A stretch of 64,000 nucleotides of DNA from Candidatus Krumholzibacteriia bacterium (GTDB taxonomy: Bacteria > Krumholzibacteriota > Krumholzibacteriia > LZORAL124-64-63), in assembly GCA_050174015.1 (NCBI GenBank), contig JBFXKG010000007.1:32001-96000 (forward strand). The letters are read 5' to 3'. This document shows positions 1 to 12,135 of this stretch, in pieces. The notes beneath the pieces are model-generated. The model saw nothing but the letters and a program-made list of their open reading frames with translations. It was not told the DNA's origin and made no database searches. Positions within the stretch are counted from its first letter, which is position 1; each line of letters opens with the position of its first letter. Both the position numbers and the translations under genes were made by a program.

Positions 1-2
1 CG

Positions 3-455
3 GGCACCATCGGGGCGGCCCGCCTGGCCACCCAGCTGGGCGTGCCGGCGATCGCCTTTTCCAACCTCGATCCGGACGATCCGACCATGGTGGCCGCCGT
101 GCCGGAGTGGTGCGTGGAACTGGCTTCCGGGGCCGTGGCCGGGAGCCTGGAACCCGGCCGGTACCTGTCCGTCAACTTTCCCGATGGTCCCGTGGACCGG
201 GTGCTGGGCGTCTGCTGGGCGGCCCCTGGAAACGAGGTCTTTCACGACGCCTTCGAGCCCGGGGGAACCGACGTTCAGGGCCGGCGCATCTGGACGCAGC
301 GCTGGTGGTTCGATGACGGGGACGACCAGCCCGAGGACGGGGACGTGGCGAAGCAGCGCGCGGGATGGATCACGGTGACCCCTATGCGGCTGGGGGATCT
401 GGATGTGCCCGCGCTGAATGCCCGCTTTGCCCTCCCCGCCTGGGAAAGCCCCTGA
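3..455 (+). CDS. surE: 5'/3'-nucleotidase SurE, 5'-truncated by window edge
   Basis: Frame open from nt 3: GTIGAARLATQLGVPAIAFS...LSVNFP...WITVTPM matches the SurE SGTVGAA / PAIAxS / NVNxP / vSVTPL motifs. Confidence 0.85.
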   Translation, partial: GTIGAARLATQLGVPAIAFSNLDPDDPTMVAAVPEWCVELASGAVAGSLEPGRYLSVNFPDGPVDRVLGVCWAAPGNEVFHDAFEPGGTDVQGRRIWTQRWWFDDGDDQPEDGDVAKQRAGWITVTPMRLGDLDVPALNARFALPAWESP

Positions 456-1008
456 ACCATCCCCGATCGCCTGTTTGGGACCGGATGGTTCACCCACTCC
501 AACCAATCCCGGTAGCGAACGTGTGGTCGGAACCCTGAAACCGAGTGTCTCGATCAAGTGATGGTCTCCACCCGGGATCACCTGCGCCGCAGCCTGAAAT
601 CCTACCTGGAAATGCCACCCCGACTGCCGATGGCCGGGGGAGGAGGATCGGTCTACCCAGGAACTCCAAAACATCGCTGAAAACCTGGATTGAAGGCTGT
701 TTTCGGGGATGTAGGTCCCCCGGGGGGCGATTTTGGATACTATTATCAGCAAACAGGAGAGGAACCGAGCCAAGATCACGCCCTTTTCGGCGCAGATGGG
801 GTTTTGACTTGGAACACTTCAATCTGAATACCTCTTTTGGACAGGTCTGGGCGCCCACCAGCCGAATAGTTTCTTAAAACACTACGGCAATCCGGCGAAA
901 TGGAACCGGTTACCCGCTCCCTCGCGGTACCCCGCGCCACGGTCGTGTGTTATATTCCGCCCAGCCGGTCATTGAGTCCCTGATCCGATCCCGAACCGAG
1001 GTCCCTCC

Positions 1009-1911
1009 TTGACCACCGGTCTGGTCTTCAACATCCAGCGCTTCAGCCTGCACGACGGTCCGGGCATCCGCACCACCGTCTTCCTCAAGGGTTGCCCCCT
1101 GGAGTGCCGGTGGTGCCACAATCCCGAAGGGCAGTCCTTCTCCGCCCAGCCCCTGGTCAAGATCGAGCTCTGCACGGCGTGCGGGGCCTGCGTCGAGCAT
1201 TGCCCCAGCGGGGCGGTGACCATGACCGCAAGCGGTCCGGTCACGCGAGGCGACCTGTGTACCGCCTGCGGCGCCTGCACCGAGTCCTGTCCCCAGGAGG
1301 GCCGCACCATCGCCGGCAGGATGATGACCCCGATCGAGGTGGCGGACGAGGCCGCCCGCGACCTCCCCTTCTACGGCCCCACCGGCGGCGGAGTGACGTT
1401 CAGCGGGGGCGAGGCCATGGCCCAGATCGATTTCCTGGTCGAGGCCCTGACGGCCTGCCGGGAGCGCGGGCTGCACACCGCCGTGGACACTGCGGGATGC
1501 CTGCCCTGGAGCCACTTCACCAGGGTGCTGCCCCTGGTCGACCTCTTCCTCTACGACCTGAAGATGATGGACGCCGGACGCCACCGGGAGCAGACCGGGG
1601 CGTCCAACCGTTCCGTCCTCGAGAACCTGGAGCGGCTGGCGCGGCGGGGGGATCCTGTGGTCGTGCGCATCCCGGTCATTCCCATGGTCAACGACGATGA
1701 CGCCAACCTGGAGGCCACCCTGGCCTTCCTGCGCCGTCACGGGCTGAACCGCGTCGATCTGCTGCCCTTCCACCAGCTGGGCCGCGGCAAGGCCCCGCAG
1801 GTGGGGCGGTCATGGTCCCTGGGCGAGGTCCCCGGTCTCGAGCCGGTCGATCTCGACCGCATCCGGGCCCGGTTCGCCCAGGCCGGTCTGGCCGTCACCA
1901 CCGGAGGCTGA
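1009..1911 (+). CDS. Glycyl-radical enzyme activating protein (radical SAM with ferredoxin insert), HypD activase
   Basis: HDGPGIRTTVFLKGCPLECRWCHNPE (CxxxCxxC), two CxxCxxCxxxC ferredoxin motifs, GVTFSGGE; TTG start; 3 nt upstream of the GRE gene. Confidence 0.93.
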   Translation: MTTGLVFNIQRFSLHDGPGIRTTVFLKGCPLECRWCHNPEGQSFSAQPLVKIELCTACGACVEHCPSGAVTMTASGPVTRGDLCTACGACTESCPQEGRTIAGRMMTPIEVADEAARDLPFYGPTGGGVTFSGGEAMAQIDFLVEALTACRERGLHTAVDTAGCLPWSHFTRVLPLVDLFLYDLKMMDAGRHREQTGASNRSVLENLERLARRGDPVVVRIPVIPMVNDDDANLEATLAFLRRHGLNRVDLLPFHQLGRGKAPQVGRSWSLGEVPGLEPVDLDRIRARFAQAGLAVTTGG

Positions 1912-1914
1912 GCG

Positions 1915-4272
1915 GTGAACGAGAGGGTCAGGAAGCTCAGGGAAGAAAGCCTGCGAGCCGTACCGGCCCTCAGCTCGGAGCGGGCCCGCCTGATCCACGA
2001 GGCCTACCTGGAGTTCGAGGGAGCCGAACCGGCCCCCGTCCTGCGGGCCCTGGCCTTCAAGCGCCTGATGGAGCGCCGCACCCTGTGGATCGGGGAGGGC
2101 GAGCTGATCGTCGGCGAACGCGGCGAGGCCCCCGCCCTGACCCCCACCTACCCCGAACTCTGCTGCCACACCCTCGAGGACCTGCACGTCATGGACGTGC
2201 GTGACCGGATCTCCTTCCGGGTGGACGATCGGATGCGCCGCCTGCAGGAAGAGACCATCATTCCCTACTGGCGGGAGCGGTCCATGCGCGAGCGCATCCT
2301 GCGGCGGATGACCCCGGCCTGGAAGGATTGCTACGCCGCAGGCATCTTCACCGAGTTCATGGAGCAGCGGGCCCCCGGCCACACCGTGGCCGACGGGAAA
2401 TTCTACGAGCGGGGTTTCGCGGACTTCAAGGCGGACATCGAGGCCAGGCTGGCCGCCGAGACGGACCAGGACGAGGCTGCCCGGGCCAGGCGGGACCAGT
2501 GGCGGGCCATGGCCATCTGTTGCGATGCGGTCATGATCCTCGGCAGGCGGTACGCGGCCTACGCGCGGGATCTCGCGGAGATCGAACCCGACCCGGCCCG
2601 ACGAGGCGAGCTCGAAGCCATCGCCGCCCGCTGCGACCGCGTCCCGGCCCGCGCCCCCCGCACCTTCGCCGAGGCCCTGCAGATGTACTGGTTCGTCCAC
2701 CTGGGGGTGGTCAGCGAGCTGAACGTCTGGGATTCCTTCAGCCCCGGCCGCCTGGACCAGCACCTCGAGCCCTTCTACACGCGCGAGCTGGCAGCCGGGA
2801 CGCTGACCAGGGAGCAGGCCGAGGAACTGCTGCAGTGCTTCTGGGTCAAGTTCAACAACCAGCCGGCCCCGCCCAAGGTCGGGGTGACCCTCAAGGAGAG
2901 CGGCACCTACACCGACTTCGCCAACATCGGCAGCGGGGGTTTGACCGCCGACGGCCGCGACGGCGTCAACGAGGTGTCCTACCTGGTGCTGGACGTCGTG
3001 GACGAGATGCGGCTGCTGCAGCCGTCGAGCAACGTGCAGGTCAGCCGCCTCAATCCCGATCGCTTCCTCAAGCGCGCCTGCGCCATCGCCCGCAGGGGCT
3101 GGGGCCAGCCCTCGTTCTTCAACGCCGAGGCCGTGGTGCAGGAGCTGGTGAACATGGGCAAGACGCTGGAGGACGCCCGCTGCGGCGGCACCAGCGGCTG
3201 CGTGGAGACCGGAGCCTTCGGGAAGGAAGCCTACATCCTGACCGGGTACTTCAACCTGCCCAAGGTCCTGGAGATCACCCTGCACGACGGGCGCGACCCG
3301 CGCACCGGCAAGCAGCTGGGGCCGGTGACCGGTCCGGCGGCAGGATTCGGGTCCTTCGAGGAGTTCTGGGAGGCCTACCGGATCCAGCTGGAGCACTTCA
3401 TCGGGATCAAGATGGAGGGCAACGACGTCATCGAGGAGCTGTACGCCCGGCACCTGCCCGCGCCCTTCCTCTCCGTGGTGATCGACGACTGCATCGCCGC
3501 CGGCAAGGACTACAACGCCGGCGGGGCCCGCTACAACACGAGCTACGTCCAGGGGGTGGGGATCGGCAGCATGGCCGACAGCCTGGCGGTCCTGAAGACC
3601 CACGTCTTCGACCAGGGGTCGTTCACCTTGGCCGAGCTGCTGGCGGCCCTGGCGGACGACTTCCAGGGGCACGACCGCATCCTGCGCCTCGTGCGCGACC
3701 GCACCCCGAAGTACGGCAACGACGACGACCGCGCGGACGACCTGATGCGCCTGGCCTTCGCCGCCTACTTCGACGCGGTGGACGGGCGGCCCAACCGCAA
3801 GGGCGGCGCCTATCGCATCAACATGCTGCCGACCACCTGCCACGTGTACTTCGGGTCGGTGATCGGGGCCCTGCCCGACGGGCGCCGGGCCGGTCTGCCC
3901 CTGCCCGAGGGGATATCCCCCAACAAGGGCGCCGACCGCCGCGGGCCCACCGCGGTGATCCGCTCGGCGGCCAAGATGGATCACCTGAGCACCGGGGGAA
4001 CCCTGCTGAACCAGAAGTTCACGCCGGCGATCCTGGAGGGGGAGAAGGGACTGGACGTCCTGGCGGGCCTCGTGCGGGGCTACTTCGCCCTGGACGGCCA
4101 CCACATCCAGTTCAACGTCGTGGGCCGCGAGACCCTGCTGGAGGCCCAGCGCAAGCCCGAGGAATACAACGACCTGATCGTGCGCGTGGCCGGCTACAGC
4201 GACTACTTCAACAACCTGGACCGGGCGTTGCAGGACGAGATCATCGCCCGCACCGAGCAGGGCGCCGACTGA
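1915..4272 (+). CDS. hypD: Glycyl radical enzyme, trans-4-hydroxy-L-proline dehydratase
   Basis: RVAGYS glycyl loop and GTSGCVE Cys loop; HypD-type segments FTEFMEQRAPGHTV, KFNNQPAPPKVG, TYTDFANI, LTGY and MLPTTCH, recognised from C. difficile HypD. Confidence 0.9.
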   Translation: MNERVRKLREESLRAVPALSSERARLIHEAYLEFEGAEPAPVLRALAFKRLMERRTLWIGEGELIVGERGEAPALTPTYPELCCHTLEDLHVMDVRDRISFRVDDRMRRLQEETIIPYWRERSMRERILRRMTPAWKDCYAAGIFTEFMEQRAPGHTVADGKFYERGFADFKADIEARLAAETDQDEAARARRDQWRAMAICCDAVMILGRRYAAYARDLAEIEPDPARRGELEAIAARCDRVPARAPRTFAEALQMYWFVHLGVVSELNVWDSFSPGRLDQHLEPFYTRELAAGTLTREQAEELLQCFWVKFNNQPAPPKVGVTLKESGTYTDFANIGSGGLTADGRDGVNEVSYLVLDVVDEMRLLQPSSNVQVSRLNPDRFLKRACAIARRGWGQPSFFNAEAVVQELVNMGKTLEDARCGGTSGCVETGAFGKEAYILTGYFNLPKVLEITLHDGRDPRTGKQLGPVTGPAAGFGSFEEFWEAYRIQLEHFIGIKMEGNDVIEELYARHLPAPFLSVVIDDCIAAGKDYNAGGARYNTSYVQGVGIGSMADSLAVLKTHVFDQGSFTLAELLAALADDFQGHDRILRLVRDRTPKYGNDDDRADDLMRLAFAAYFDAVDGRPNRKGGAYRINMLPTTCHVYFGSVIGALPDGRRAGLPLPEGISPNKGADRRGPTAVIRSAAKMDHLSTGGTLLNQKFTPAILEGEKGLDVLAGLVRGYFALDGHHIQFNVVGRETLLEAQRKPEEYNDLIVRVAGYSDYFNNLDRALQDEIIARTEQGAD

Positions 4273-4281
4273 CGGCGGACC

Positions 4282-5436
4282 CTACCGGAAGGCGCCGATG
4301 GCCCCGCACTCCTGGATCGGACAGGGGGACCCGGGCCGGGGCCTGAAGTCGCGAGCGTCGGGGTCCTGCAGCTGCGGATCCAGTTCCAGGTTGCCCGCCG
4401 TGGCCGCCAGGTGGGCGGCGGGTCCCGTCCAGTCCCCGCCGGCGTTCCCCCAGACCAGACTGCAGGCGACGTCCAGGGTCGCGGACCCCTCGGCGCCGAA
4501 GGCCGCCCCTCGCACGCCTCCGGTGATCAGGGTATGCCGGAGGCTGGCCTGGGCCCCCGCTCCCAGATGGATGCCGCCGCCGCTGCCGGCCGAATTCCAG
4601 GCCAGGGTGGACCGGCGGACCTCCACCGCGGCCGACTGGACGAACACGGCGCCCCCGAAACTGGCGAAGTTGTTGTCGAGCAGGCTGGATTCCAGGATCA
4701 GGATGGCGCTCCGGTCCGCCGCCACGGCTCCGCCCTGGGTGGCGGAATTGGCGTAGAAAACGCAGCCTGAGACCTTCACCGTGCCGCCCATGGCCGACAG
4801 GCCGCCGCCCCGGGCGGCGGTGTTGCCGGCGAAGGTGGAACCGGAGAACCCGGGATCGCCGGGATTGCTGAAGACCGCCCCGCCGATCTCGGCCGAGTTC
4901 TGCTGGAACCGGCAGTCCCGGAACAGGGGCGCGCCGTTCTGGATGGCCACGGCCCCGCCGTTGAGGGCCCAGTTTTCCCGGAACAGGCAGGCCGCGAAGG
5001 TGGGAGAGGCGCCCAGGCAAAGGACCGCCCCGCCCAGGCCCTGGGACTCGGGATGAGCGGGGACGTCCCCCCGGATCATGGCCAGGCCGCGGACCTGCGA
5101 GGCCCTGGTCTCGAAGGTGTGGAAGAAGAAGGCGCGGCCGGCCGTTCCCGCCGGGGCCGTCCCCAGGTCCAGGACGCAGGTCTCCGGCGCCTCCTCGTCC
5201 CCCAGCAGGGTCACGGCCTTGCCGCGGAAGTCCAGATCCAGGTTGCCGGGTCCGCCGTAGACCCCCGGGGCCAGGCGGATCAGGTCGCCGTCGGCCGCGG
5301 CGTCGAGGGCGGCCTGGATGGTGGGGCGATCTCCCGACCCGTCCGGTCGGACGGTCTGCTCGGCGGAGATCGCGGGCCCGGCAGCCAGCAAGACCGCCAG
5401 TCGGATCGCCAGCCCCGTGGCCAGACGCCGCTTCAT
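4282..5436 (-). CDS. Secreted right-handed parallel beta-helix repeat protein
   Basis: Signal peptide; PTIQAALDAAADGD...PGVY cap; repeated GGAV...F..C.F..N.A units. Confidence 0.8.
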   Translation of the reverse strand: MKRRLATGLAIRLAVLLAAGPAISAEQTVRPDGSGDRPTIQAALDAAADGDLIRLAPGVYGGPGNLDLDFRGKAVTLLGDEEAPETCVLDLGTAPAGTAGRAFFFHTFETRASQVRGLAMIRGDVPAHPESQGLGGAVLCLGASPTFAACLFRENWALNGGAVAIQNGAPLFRDCRFQQNSAEIGGAVFSNPGDPGFSGSTFAGNTAARGGGLSAMGGTVKVSGCVFYANSATQGGAVAADRSAILILESSLLDNNFASFGGAVFVQSAAVEVRRSTLAWNSAGSGGGIHLGAGAQASLRHTLITGGVRGAAFGAEGSATLDVACSLVWGNAGGDWTGPAAHLAATAGNLELDPQLQDPDARDFRPRPGSPCPIQECGAIGAFR

Positions 5437-7067
5437 GGGGACCTCCCGGGGATCGGATCCGGCTCGGGCCGGTCCTCGTGCAGCCGGAAGGCGGCGCCGG
5501 CGTGGGGGATCTCGTGGACGGTGACGGACCCGGCGGGCCAGTCCACCCGCACCCGGAAGGGCCCGCTCCGGTCCGCGACACCGATGTGCACCGGCAGGAT
5601 GGACGAGCTCACGTTGTGGACGGTGGCCTGGTGCCGGACGACCCGCGGCGGGTCGCCCTCGAGGGTGACCACGGCGCCGAGACCGCGGGGCGGGGAGGCG
5701 GTCGCCGCGAGTTCCAGGGTCAGCCCGCGACCGGAAGTCCGATTCTCCGCGAGGAGGAGCCCGGCCGGCCGGGAAGCCGGCGTCCGGTAGTCCCCGCCCG
5801 CCAGGAGCAGCAGGTCCAGATCCCCGTCCAGATCGAAGTCGGCGGCGATCACCGATTCGGCCGCAGCCCCCGGTTCACCGGGGCTTCCCCAGATGGCCGT
5901 CACGTCGTTGAAGGTGGCCTCGTCGCCTCCCTGCAGGATCAGCAGGGGCCGATCCCCGTCTGATTCCGGATGCTGCACGAGGAGCAGATCATTCACCCCG
6001 TCGTTGTCGAGGTCGGCCAGGGCCGAGGCCCAGGCCCGCGCGCCCGCAGCCGCAGGGACGGGGAGGGGGCGGAACCGCGGCCCACCGGGAACCGATTCGT
6101 TGATCCACAAGACGGGCGGGCCCTCGGCGGTGCGGCCCTGGAGGCCGGGCGCCGGACCGCAGAGGACCAGGTCCGGGTCGCCGTCGCCGTCGAGGTCCCC
6201 GGCTGCGGCGTGGTGGGGAACCAGGGGCCAGACCGCGGGTCCCAGGCCCGCCCGCTCGGTGGCCTCGGCGAAACCCCGGTCGGTGTTCAGCAGCAGGCCG
6301 GCCCAGCCGGGACGGCCCAGGACCAGCAGATCGCACCGGCCGTCCCCGTCCAGGTCGGCGGTCGCCCCGTTGTGGATCCAGGGAGATCGGGCCCGTTCCC
6401 TCGGCCCGGGAATGCGGCCGCCCGGACGGTCCTGCGGAACGGGCGGCGCCCAGGGCAGCCGGCCGCCGAGATCCACCCATCCCTGATCGGTGGGGGACAG
6501 GAGACGGGGCGGGCTCTGGTAGTTGAAGACGAGCAGTTCGGGTTCGGGACCGCCGCCGAGATCGGCCCAGACGGCGCCCCGTCCCCGTCCCACCGGATCG
6601 CCCGGAAGGTCGTGGCCCGCCCGTTCGTCGAGGCGCCAGCCGGCGGGTGTCCGCACCCAGATCTGATTGACGCCCTCGCCGTATCCCGAGTCGGAACCCA
6701 CGCCCACGAACGCGTCCCAGTCCCCGTCCCGGTCGAAATCGCACGCCGCGGATCCGTGGTGGTCGGGCTGCCGGTCGGGCAGACCGGACGGCAGGGGCTC
6801 CGCAGCGAAGCGCAGTCCGCCCCGGTTCAGGTAGAGGACGGCCCGGTCGGTGTGGCGGGAGACCAGAAGGTCCGGCAGGTCGTCCCCGTTCCAGTCCAGC
6901 ACGGTGGCGCCGTAGGTGTCGCCCTCGTCCGGCAGGCCGGATTCCCCGACGGCGCGCAACATTCCGCCGCCCGGTCCATCGGGTGCGCAGGCCGGCAGGA
7001 CGAGCAAGGCCGCCAGGACCGGCAGGAGGGGCAAGGCCGAGCGGCGGAATGTCAGGAAAATTTCCAT
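5433..7067 (-). CDS. FG-GAP/VCBS repeat protein (CRTAC1/ASPIC-UnbV-like), possible lipoprotein
   Basis: Multiple DxDxDGxxD repeats (DWNGDDLPD, DFDRDGDWD, DLDGDGDPD, DLDNDGVND); C-terminal GAVVTL...HIG...VDWPAG of ASPIC/UnbV type; LPAC lipobox-like motif; 4-nt overlap with the downstream gene. Confidence 0.8.
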   Translation of the reverse strand: MEIFLTFRRSALPLLPVLAALLVLPACAPDGPGGGMLRAVGESGLPDEGDTYGATVLDWNGDDLPDLLVSRHTDRAVLYLNRGGLRFAAEPLPSGLPDRQPDHHGSAACDFDRDGDWDAFVGVGSDSGYGEGVNQIWVRTPAGWRLDERAGHDLPGDPVGRGRGAVWADLGGGPEPELLVFNYQSPPRLLSPTDQGWVDLGGRLPWAPPVPQDRPGGRIPGPRERARSPWIHNGATADLDGDGRCDLLVLGRPGWAGLLLNTDRGFAEATERAGLGPAVWPLVPHHAAAGDLDGDGDPDLVLCGPAPGLQGRTAEGPPVLWINESVPGGPRFRPLPVPAAAGARAWASALADLDNDGVNDLLLVQHPESDGDRPLLILQGGDEATFNDVTAIWGSPGEPGAAAESVIAADFDLDGDLDLLLLAGGDYRTPASRPAGLLLAENRTSGRGLTLELAATASPPRGLGAVVTLEGDPPRVVRHQATVHNVSSSILPVHIGVADRSGPFRVRVDWPAGSVTVHEIPHAGAAFRLHEDRPEPDPIPGRSP

Positions 7068-7160
7068 GGCCCCGGTTCGTTCGTCCAGGCGAAGGGAAGC
7101 GGCGTTCCGGTGATCATAGGGGATGCGGGGCCGCGGTGACAGCGGGAAGCGCCGGGGGGG

Positions 7161-7194
7161 AACGAAAACCGGGCGCCCTCGGGAGGACGCCCGG
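7161..7194 (-). terminator. Intrinsic terminator of the sdh operon
   Basis: Minus strand reads CCGGGCGTCCT-CCCG-AGGGCGCCCGG-TTTTCGTT, 23 nt after the sdhB stop. Confidence 0.7.
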
Positions 7195-7217
7195 AAACGA
7201 CGGCAGGGATCCGCAGG

Positions 7218-7988
7218 TCAGCCCTTGAAGGCCGCCATGATGAACTCCCGGCGCATCTTGGCGATGTTCTGGATCGAGATCTCCTTGGGACAGACCGCCT
7301 CGCACTCGCCGTGGTTGGAGCAGTCCCCGAAGCCTTCCTCGTCCATCTGGGCGATCATCAGCAACGCCCGCCGGGATCGCTCGGGATCGCCCTGGGGCAG
7401 CACGGCGAACTGGCTGATCTTGGCGCTGACGAACAGCGAGGCCGAGGCGTTGGGGCAGGCCGCCACGCAGGCCCCGCAACCGATGCAGGAGGCGGCGTCC
7501 ATGGCCCGATCGGCCGCCTCCTTGGGGATGGGCACGGCATTGCCGTCGGGGGCCGACCCCACGTTCATGGAGACGAAGCCGCCCTTCTGCTGGATCCGGT
7601 CGAAGGCCGAGCGGTCGACGACGAGATCCTTGATGATCGTGAACGGCTTGGCCCGGAAGGGCTCGATGGTGATGGTTTCGCCGTCGTGGAACTGGCGCAT
7701 GCGGATCTCGCAGGTGGTCGTCCCCGCGTGGGTCCCGTGGGCCACTCCGTTGACGACGAGGCCGCAGGTGCCGCAGATGCCTTCGCGGCAGTCCGAGTCG
7801 AACTCGATGGCCTCCTCGCCCTTGGCGACGAGTTCCTCGTTGACCAGGTCGAGCACTTCCAGCAGGGACATCTCGACCACGACATCCTTCTTGACGTACT
7901 CGATGAACCCGCCGGAACGGGCGCCCCGGGCCTGCCGCCAGATCTTCAGCTTTATGGTCATTCCGCTCTTCGTGGCTTTCTCGCTCAT
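7218..7988 (-). CDS. sdhB: Succinate dehydrogenase/fumarate reductase iron-sulfur subunit
   Basis: [22 protein letters not shown] and [12 protein letters not shown] cluster motifs. Confidence 0.95.
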   Translation of the reverse strand: MSEKATKSGMTIKLKIWRQARGARSGGFIEYVKKDVVVEMSLLEVLDLVNEELVAKGEEAIEFDSDCREGICGTCGLVVNGVAHGTHAGTTTCEIRMRQFHDGETITIEPFRAKPFTIIKDLVVDRSAFDRIQQKGGFVSMNVGSAPDGNAVPIPKEAADRAMDAASCIGCGACVAACPNASASLFVSAKISQFAVLPQGDPERSRRALLMIAQMDEEGFGDCSNHGECEAVCPKEISIQNIAKMRREFIMAAFKG

Positions 7989-8003
7989 GGAACTGTCCTT
8001 CCT

Positions 8004-9932
<1,929 letters not shown>

Positions 9933-9933
9933 A

Positions 9934-10644
9934 TCAATGACCTCCCGGAGCGAGATTCGGATCACCGAAGAGGTACATGTAAACGGGGATCGCGATGAAG
10001 CCGATCGCCAGGATCACGCCGTAGAACCAGGCGATCTTGGTCAGGATCGGCAGGTATCTGTCGTTGGTCCAGCCCAGGGACTGGAACGCGCTCCAGAAGC
10101 CGTGGCGCAGGTGCAGCCCCAGCAGGACCATGACGAGCACGGTGAAGGCGGTGAACCCGATGCCCTTGAAGGTGGTCACCACCGTCTTGTAGAGGTTCTT
10201 CACCACCGTGTCGTGCTTGGTGTAGACCTCGTGGTCTCCGAACTTGAACAGCCAGATGTGGGCGATCACGAAGAAGATCAAGAGGATCCCCGTGTAGATC
10301 ATGGACTTGGAGGCGAAGGTCTTGCGGCTCTTGCCGCCGGCGTCCCTGGAGACCTTGTAACCCTCGGAGCGTGCCCTCCGCTTGTCCGTCCAGGCCACGG
10401 TGATGGCGGCGATCATGTGGAAGAGGAAGATGGCGAGCAACACCACTTCGAAGGCGTAGATGAACCAGCCGTGGAGCATGCTCTCGAGGAAATGGGCATA
10501 GTCGTTGAAGGCGTCGGGACCGATGAAGAGGGTGAGATTACCGATCAGATGGACGGTGACGAACCCGATGAGGGCCAGTCCCGTGATGCCGGTGATCACC
10601 TTCTTCCCGACCGACGACCAGGCTACCGAGCCGATTGAAGCCAT
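9934..10644 (-). CDS. sdhC: Succinate dehydrogenase cytochrome b subunit
   Basis: SSVGKK..GITGL, five TM helices with His ligands ([18 protein letters not shown]); start set at ATG 10644 after an RBS. Confidence 0.9.
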   Translation of the reverse strand: MASIGSVAWSSVGKKVITGITGLALIGFVTVHLIGNLTLFIGPDAFNDYAHFLESMLHGWFIYAFEVVLLAIFLFHMIAAITVAWTDKRRARSEGYKVSRDAGGKSRKTFASKSMIYTGILLIFFVIAHIWLFKFGDHEVYTKHDTVVKNLYKTVVTTFKGIGFTAFTVLVMVLLGLHLRHGFWSAFQSLGWTNDRYLPILTKIAWFYGVILAIGFIAIPVYMYLFGDPNLAPGGH

Positions 10645-10814
10645 GAATCCTAGTCTCCTGGGAAGTAGGTCAGCGTGAGCCGTCATGGACTGTGGAATTA
10701 GAACATAATCGCCAGGAGCGGGCAGCACAATTTTTTGAAAGGCGGGCCGGGAATGAAGGGCAACCCCTTGGCTGATAATAAAATCCCTTATCGATAGTGG
10801 GACTTGTCACGAAA

Positions 10815-11969
10815 TTAACGGGCCCTGCCCAGCAGCTCCCTGGTCACCGTATCCAGCAGTCCGACTCCCACCGGCAGCAGGGCGTCGTTGAAGTCGAAAT
10901 CGGGCGCGTGGAGCACCGGGTGCCCGGTCCCGGCGCCCAGCCCGATCATGGCGCCCCTGCCCAGGGCGGCCAGGTGACCGAAATCCTCGGACCAGCGGAA
11001 GGGGCTCTCCTCGGGCTCGATCACCTCCAGGTGAAGCGCCGCGGCGGCTGCGGCGACGATGCCCACCGCCCGGGGATCGTTGGTGGTGACCGGGAATTCC
11101 TCGCTGAATTCGACGGAGCAGGACAATCCGTGGTCGGCCGCGGCGGCGGCGGCGACCTCCCGGGCGCCTTCCTTGAGGGCGGCGAGGACTCCGTCGTCGT
11201 CGCTGCGCACGGTGGCGAGCACCTCGGCTTCCCCGGGGGTGATGCCGAAAGCCCGCTCGCCGATCCTGGTGTGGACGATGGTCACCAGGGCCAGGCGGCC
11301 CGATCCCCGCCACCGGTCCGGGAGGTTGATGAGGTCCAGGATGAGGCGGGCGACGGCCCGGTCGGGACTGCGTCCCTGCTCGGGGTAAGCCGCGTGGCTG
11401 GTGCGACCGGTGAGCCCGATCGCCACCCCTGCGCTGCCCGCTGCGAAGGGTCCGTCCCGCAAAAGGAGCGAGCCCTCGGGATAGCCCGGCAGGTTGTGCA
11501 GGGCGAAGATCCAGTCGGGATGCAGGGCGCCGAAGCGCGGATCCGCCAGCAGGGCGGCCGCACCCTCTCCCGTCTCCTCGGCCGGCTGGAACACCAGCAC
11601 GCACCGCCCGCAGGCCGGAGGTCGGGCGGCCAGCCGCTGGGCGGCCCCCAGCAGGATGGTCATGTGCCCGTCATGGCCGCACTTGTGGGCCACGCCGGGA
11701 GAGAAGGAGGCATGGTCGAGATCCAGCGTCTCGGGGATGGGCAGGGCGTCCAGCTCGGCCCGCAGCATGACGGTGGGGCCAGGCCCGGGGCCACTGAAGA
11801 CCGCGGCGATCCCGTGGCCCCCCAGGCCGGTCAGCAGTTCGCCGGGATGGAGGGAGGCCAGGGCCTCGGCGACGAAGGCGGCGGTGGTCTCCTCCCGGCC
11901 CGAGACCTCGGCCAGGGCATGCAGACGGCGGCGGAGGTCCGCCAGGTCGAAGGGTCGCGGGGTGGCCAT
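10815..11969 (-). CDS. M20 family amidohydrolase
   Basis: RRRLH..E.SG.E, LRAELDALP, HKCGHDGH, FQPAEE, HAAYP, SEDF, LHAPDFDF. Confidence 0.9.
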   Translation of the reverse strand: MATPRPFDLADLRRRLHALAEVSGREETTAAFVAEALASLHPGELLTGLGGHGIAAVFSGPGPGPTVMLRAELDALPIPETLDLDHASFSPGVAHKCGHDGHMTILLGAAQRLAARPPACGRCVLVFQPAEETGEGAAALLADPRFGALHPDWIFALHNLPGYPEGSLLLRDGPFAAGSAGVAIGLTGRTSHAAYPEQGRSPDRAVARLILDLINLPDRWRGSGRLALVTIVHTRIGERAFGITPGEAEVLATVRSDDDGVLAALKEGAREVAAAAAADHGLSCSVEFSEEFPVTTNDPRAVGIVAAAAAALHLEVIEPEESPFRWSEDFGHLAALGRGAMIGLGAGTGHPVLHAPDFDFNDALLPVGVGLLDTVTRELLGRAR

Positions 11970-12135
11970 GCGGGCGCCGTCCTTTCCCGGGATGACGTTC
12001 ATTCAAGGTGCGTTGGGGGCGGCCCCGGCCGGCTCCGGCCGACGACGGCCCGCACGGTTTCGCGGGTGGACGGATTGTCCGCGATCGCTCATCATCGCGC
12101 CACCCGGAATCCATCCTCCAGCAGGGAAGATAGCC

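Noticed and set aside
490..877. Short ORFs 490-858 (-) and 545-877 (+)
   Set aside because: No recognisable motifs, atypical codon usage and mutually overlapping.
1810..4104. Long antisense or alternate-frame ORFs (also 7311-9998, 21884-25240, 50852-53701, 41527-44250 and others)
   Set aside because: They shadow well-supported genes, are Arg/Gly/Pro-rich or antisense mirrors, and are expected from high GC3 codon bias.
10805..10822. Rex-like box TTGTCACGAAATTAACGG upstream of sdhC
   Set aside because: Only 9 of 14 consensus positions match, and it overlaps the amidohydrolase stop codon.
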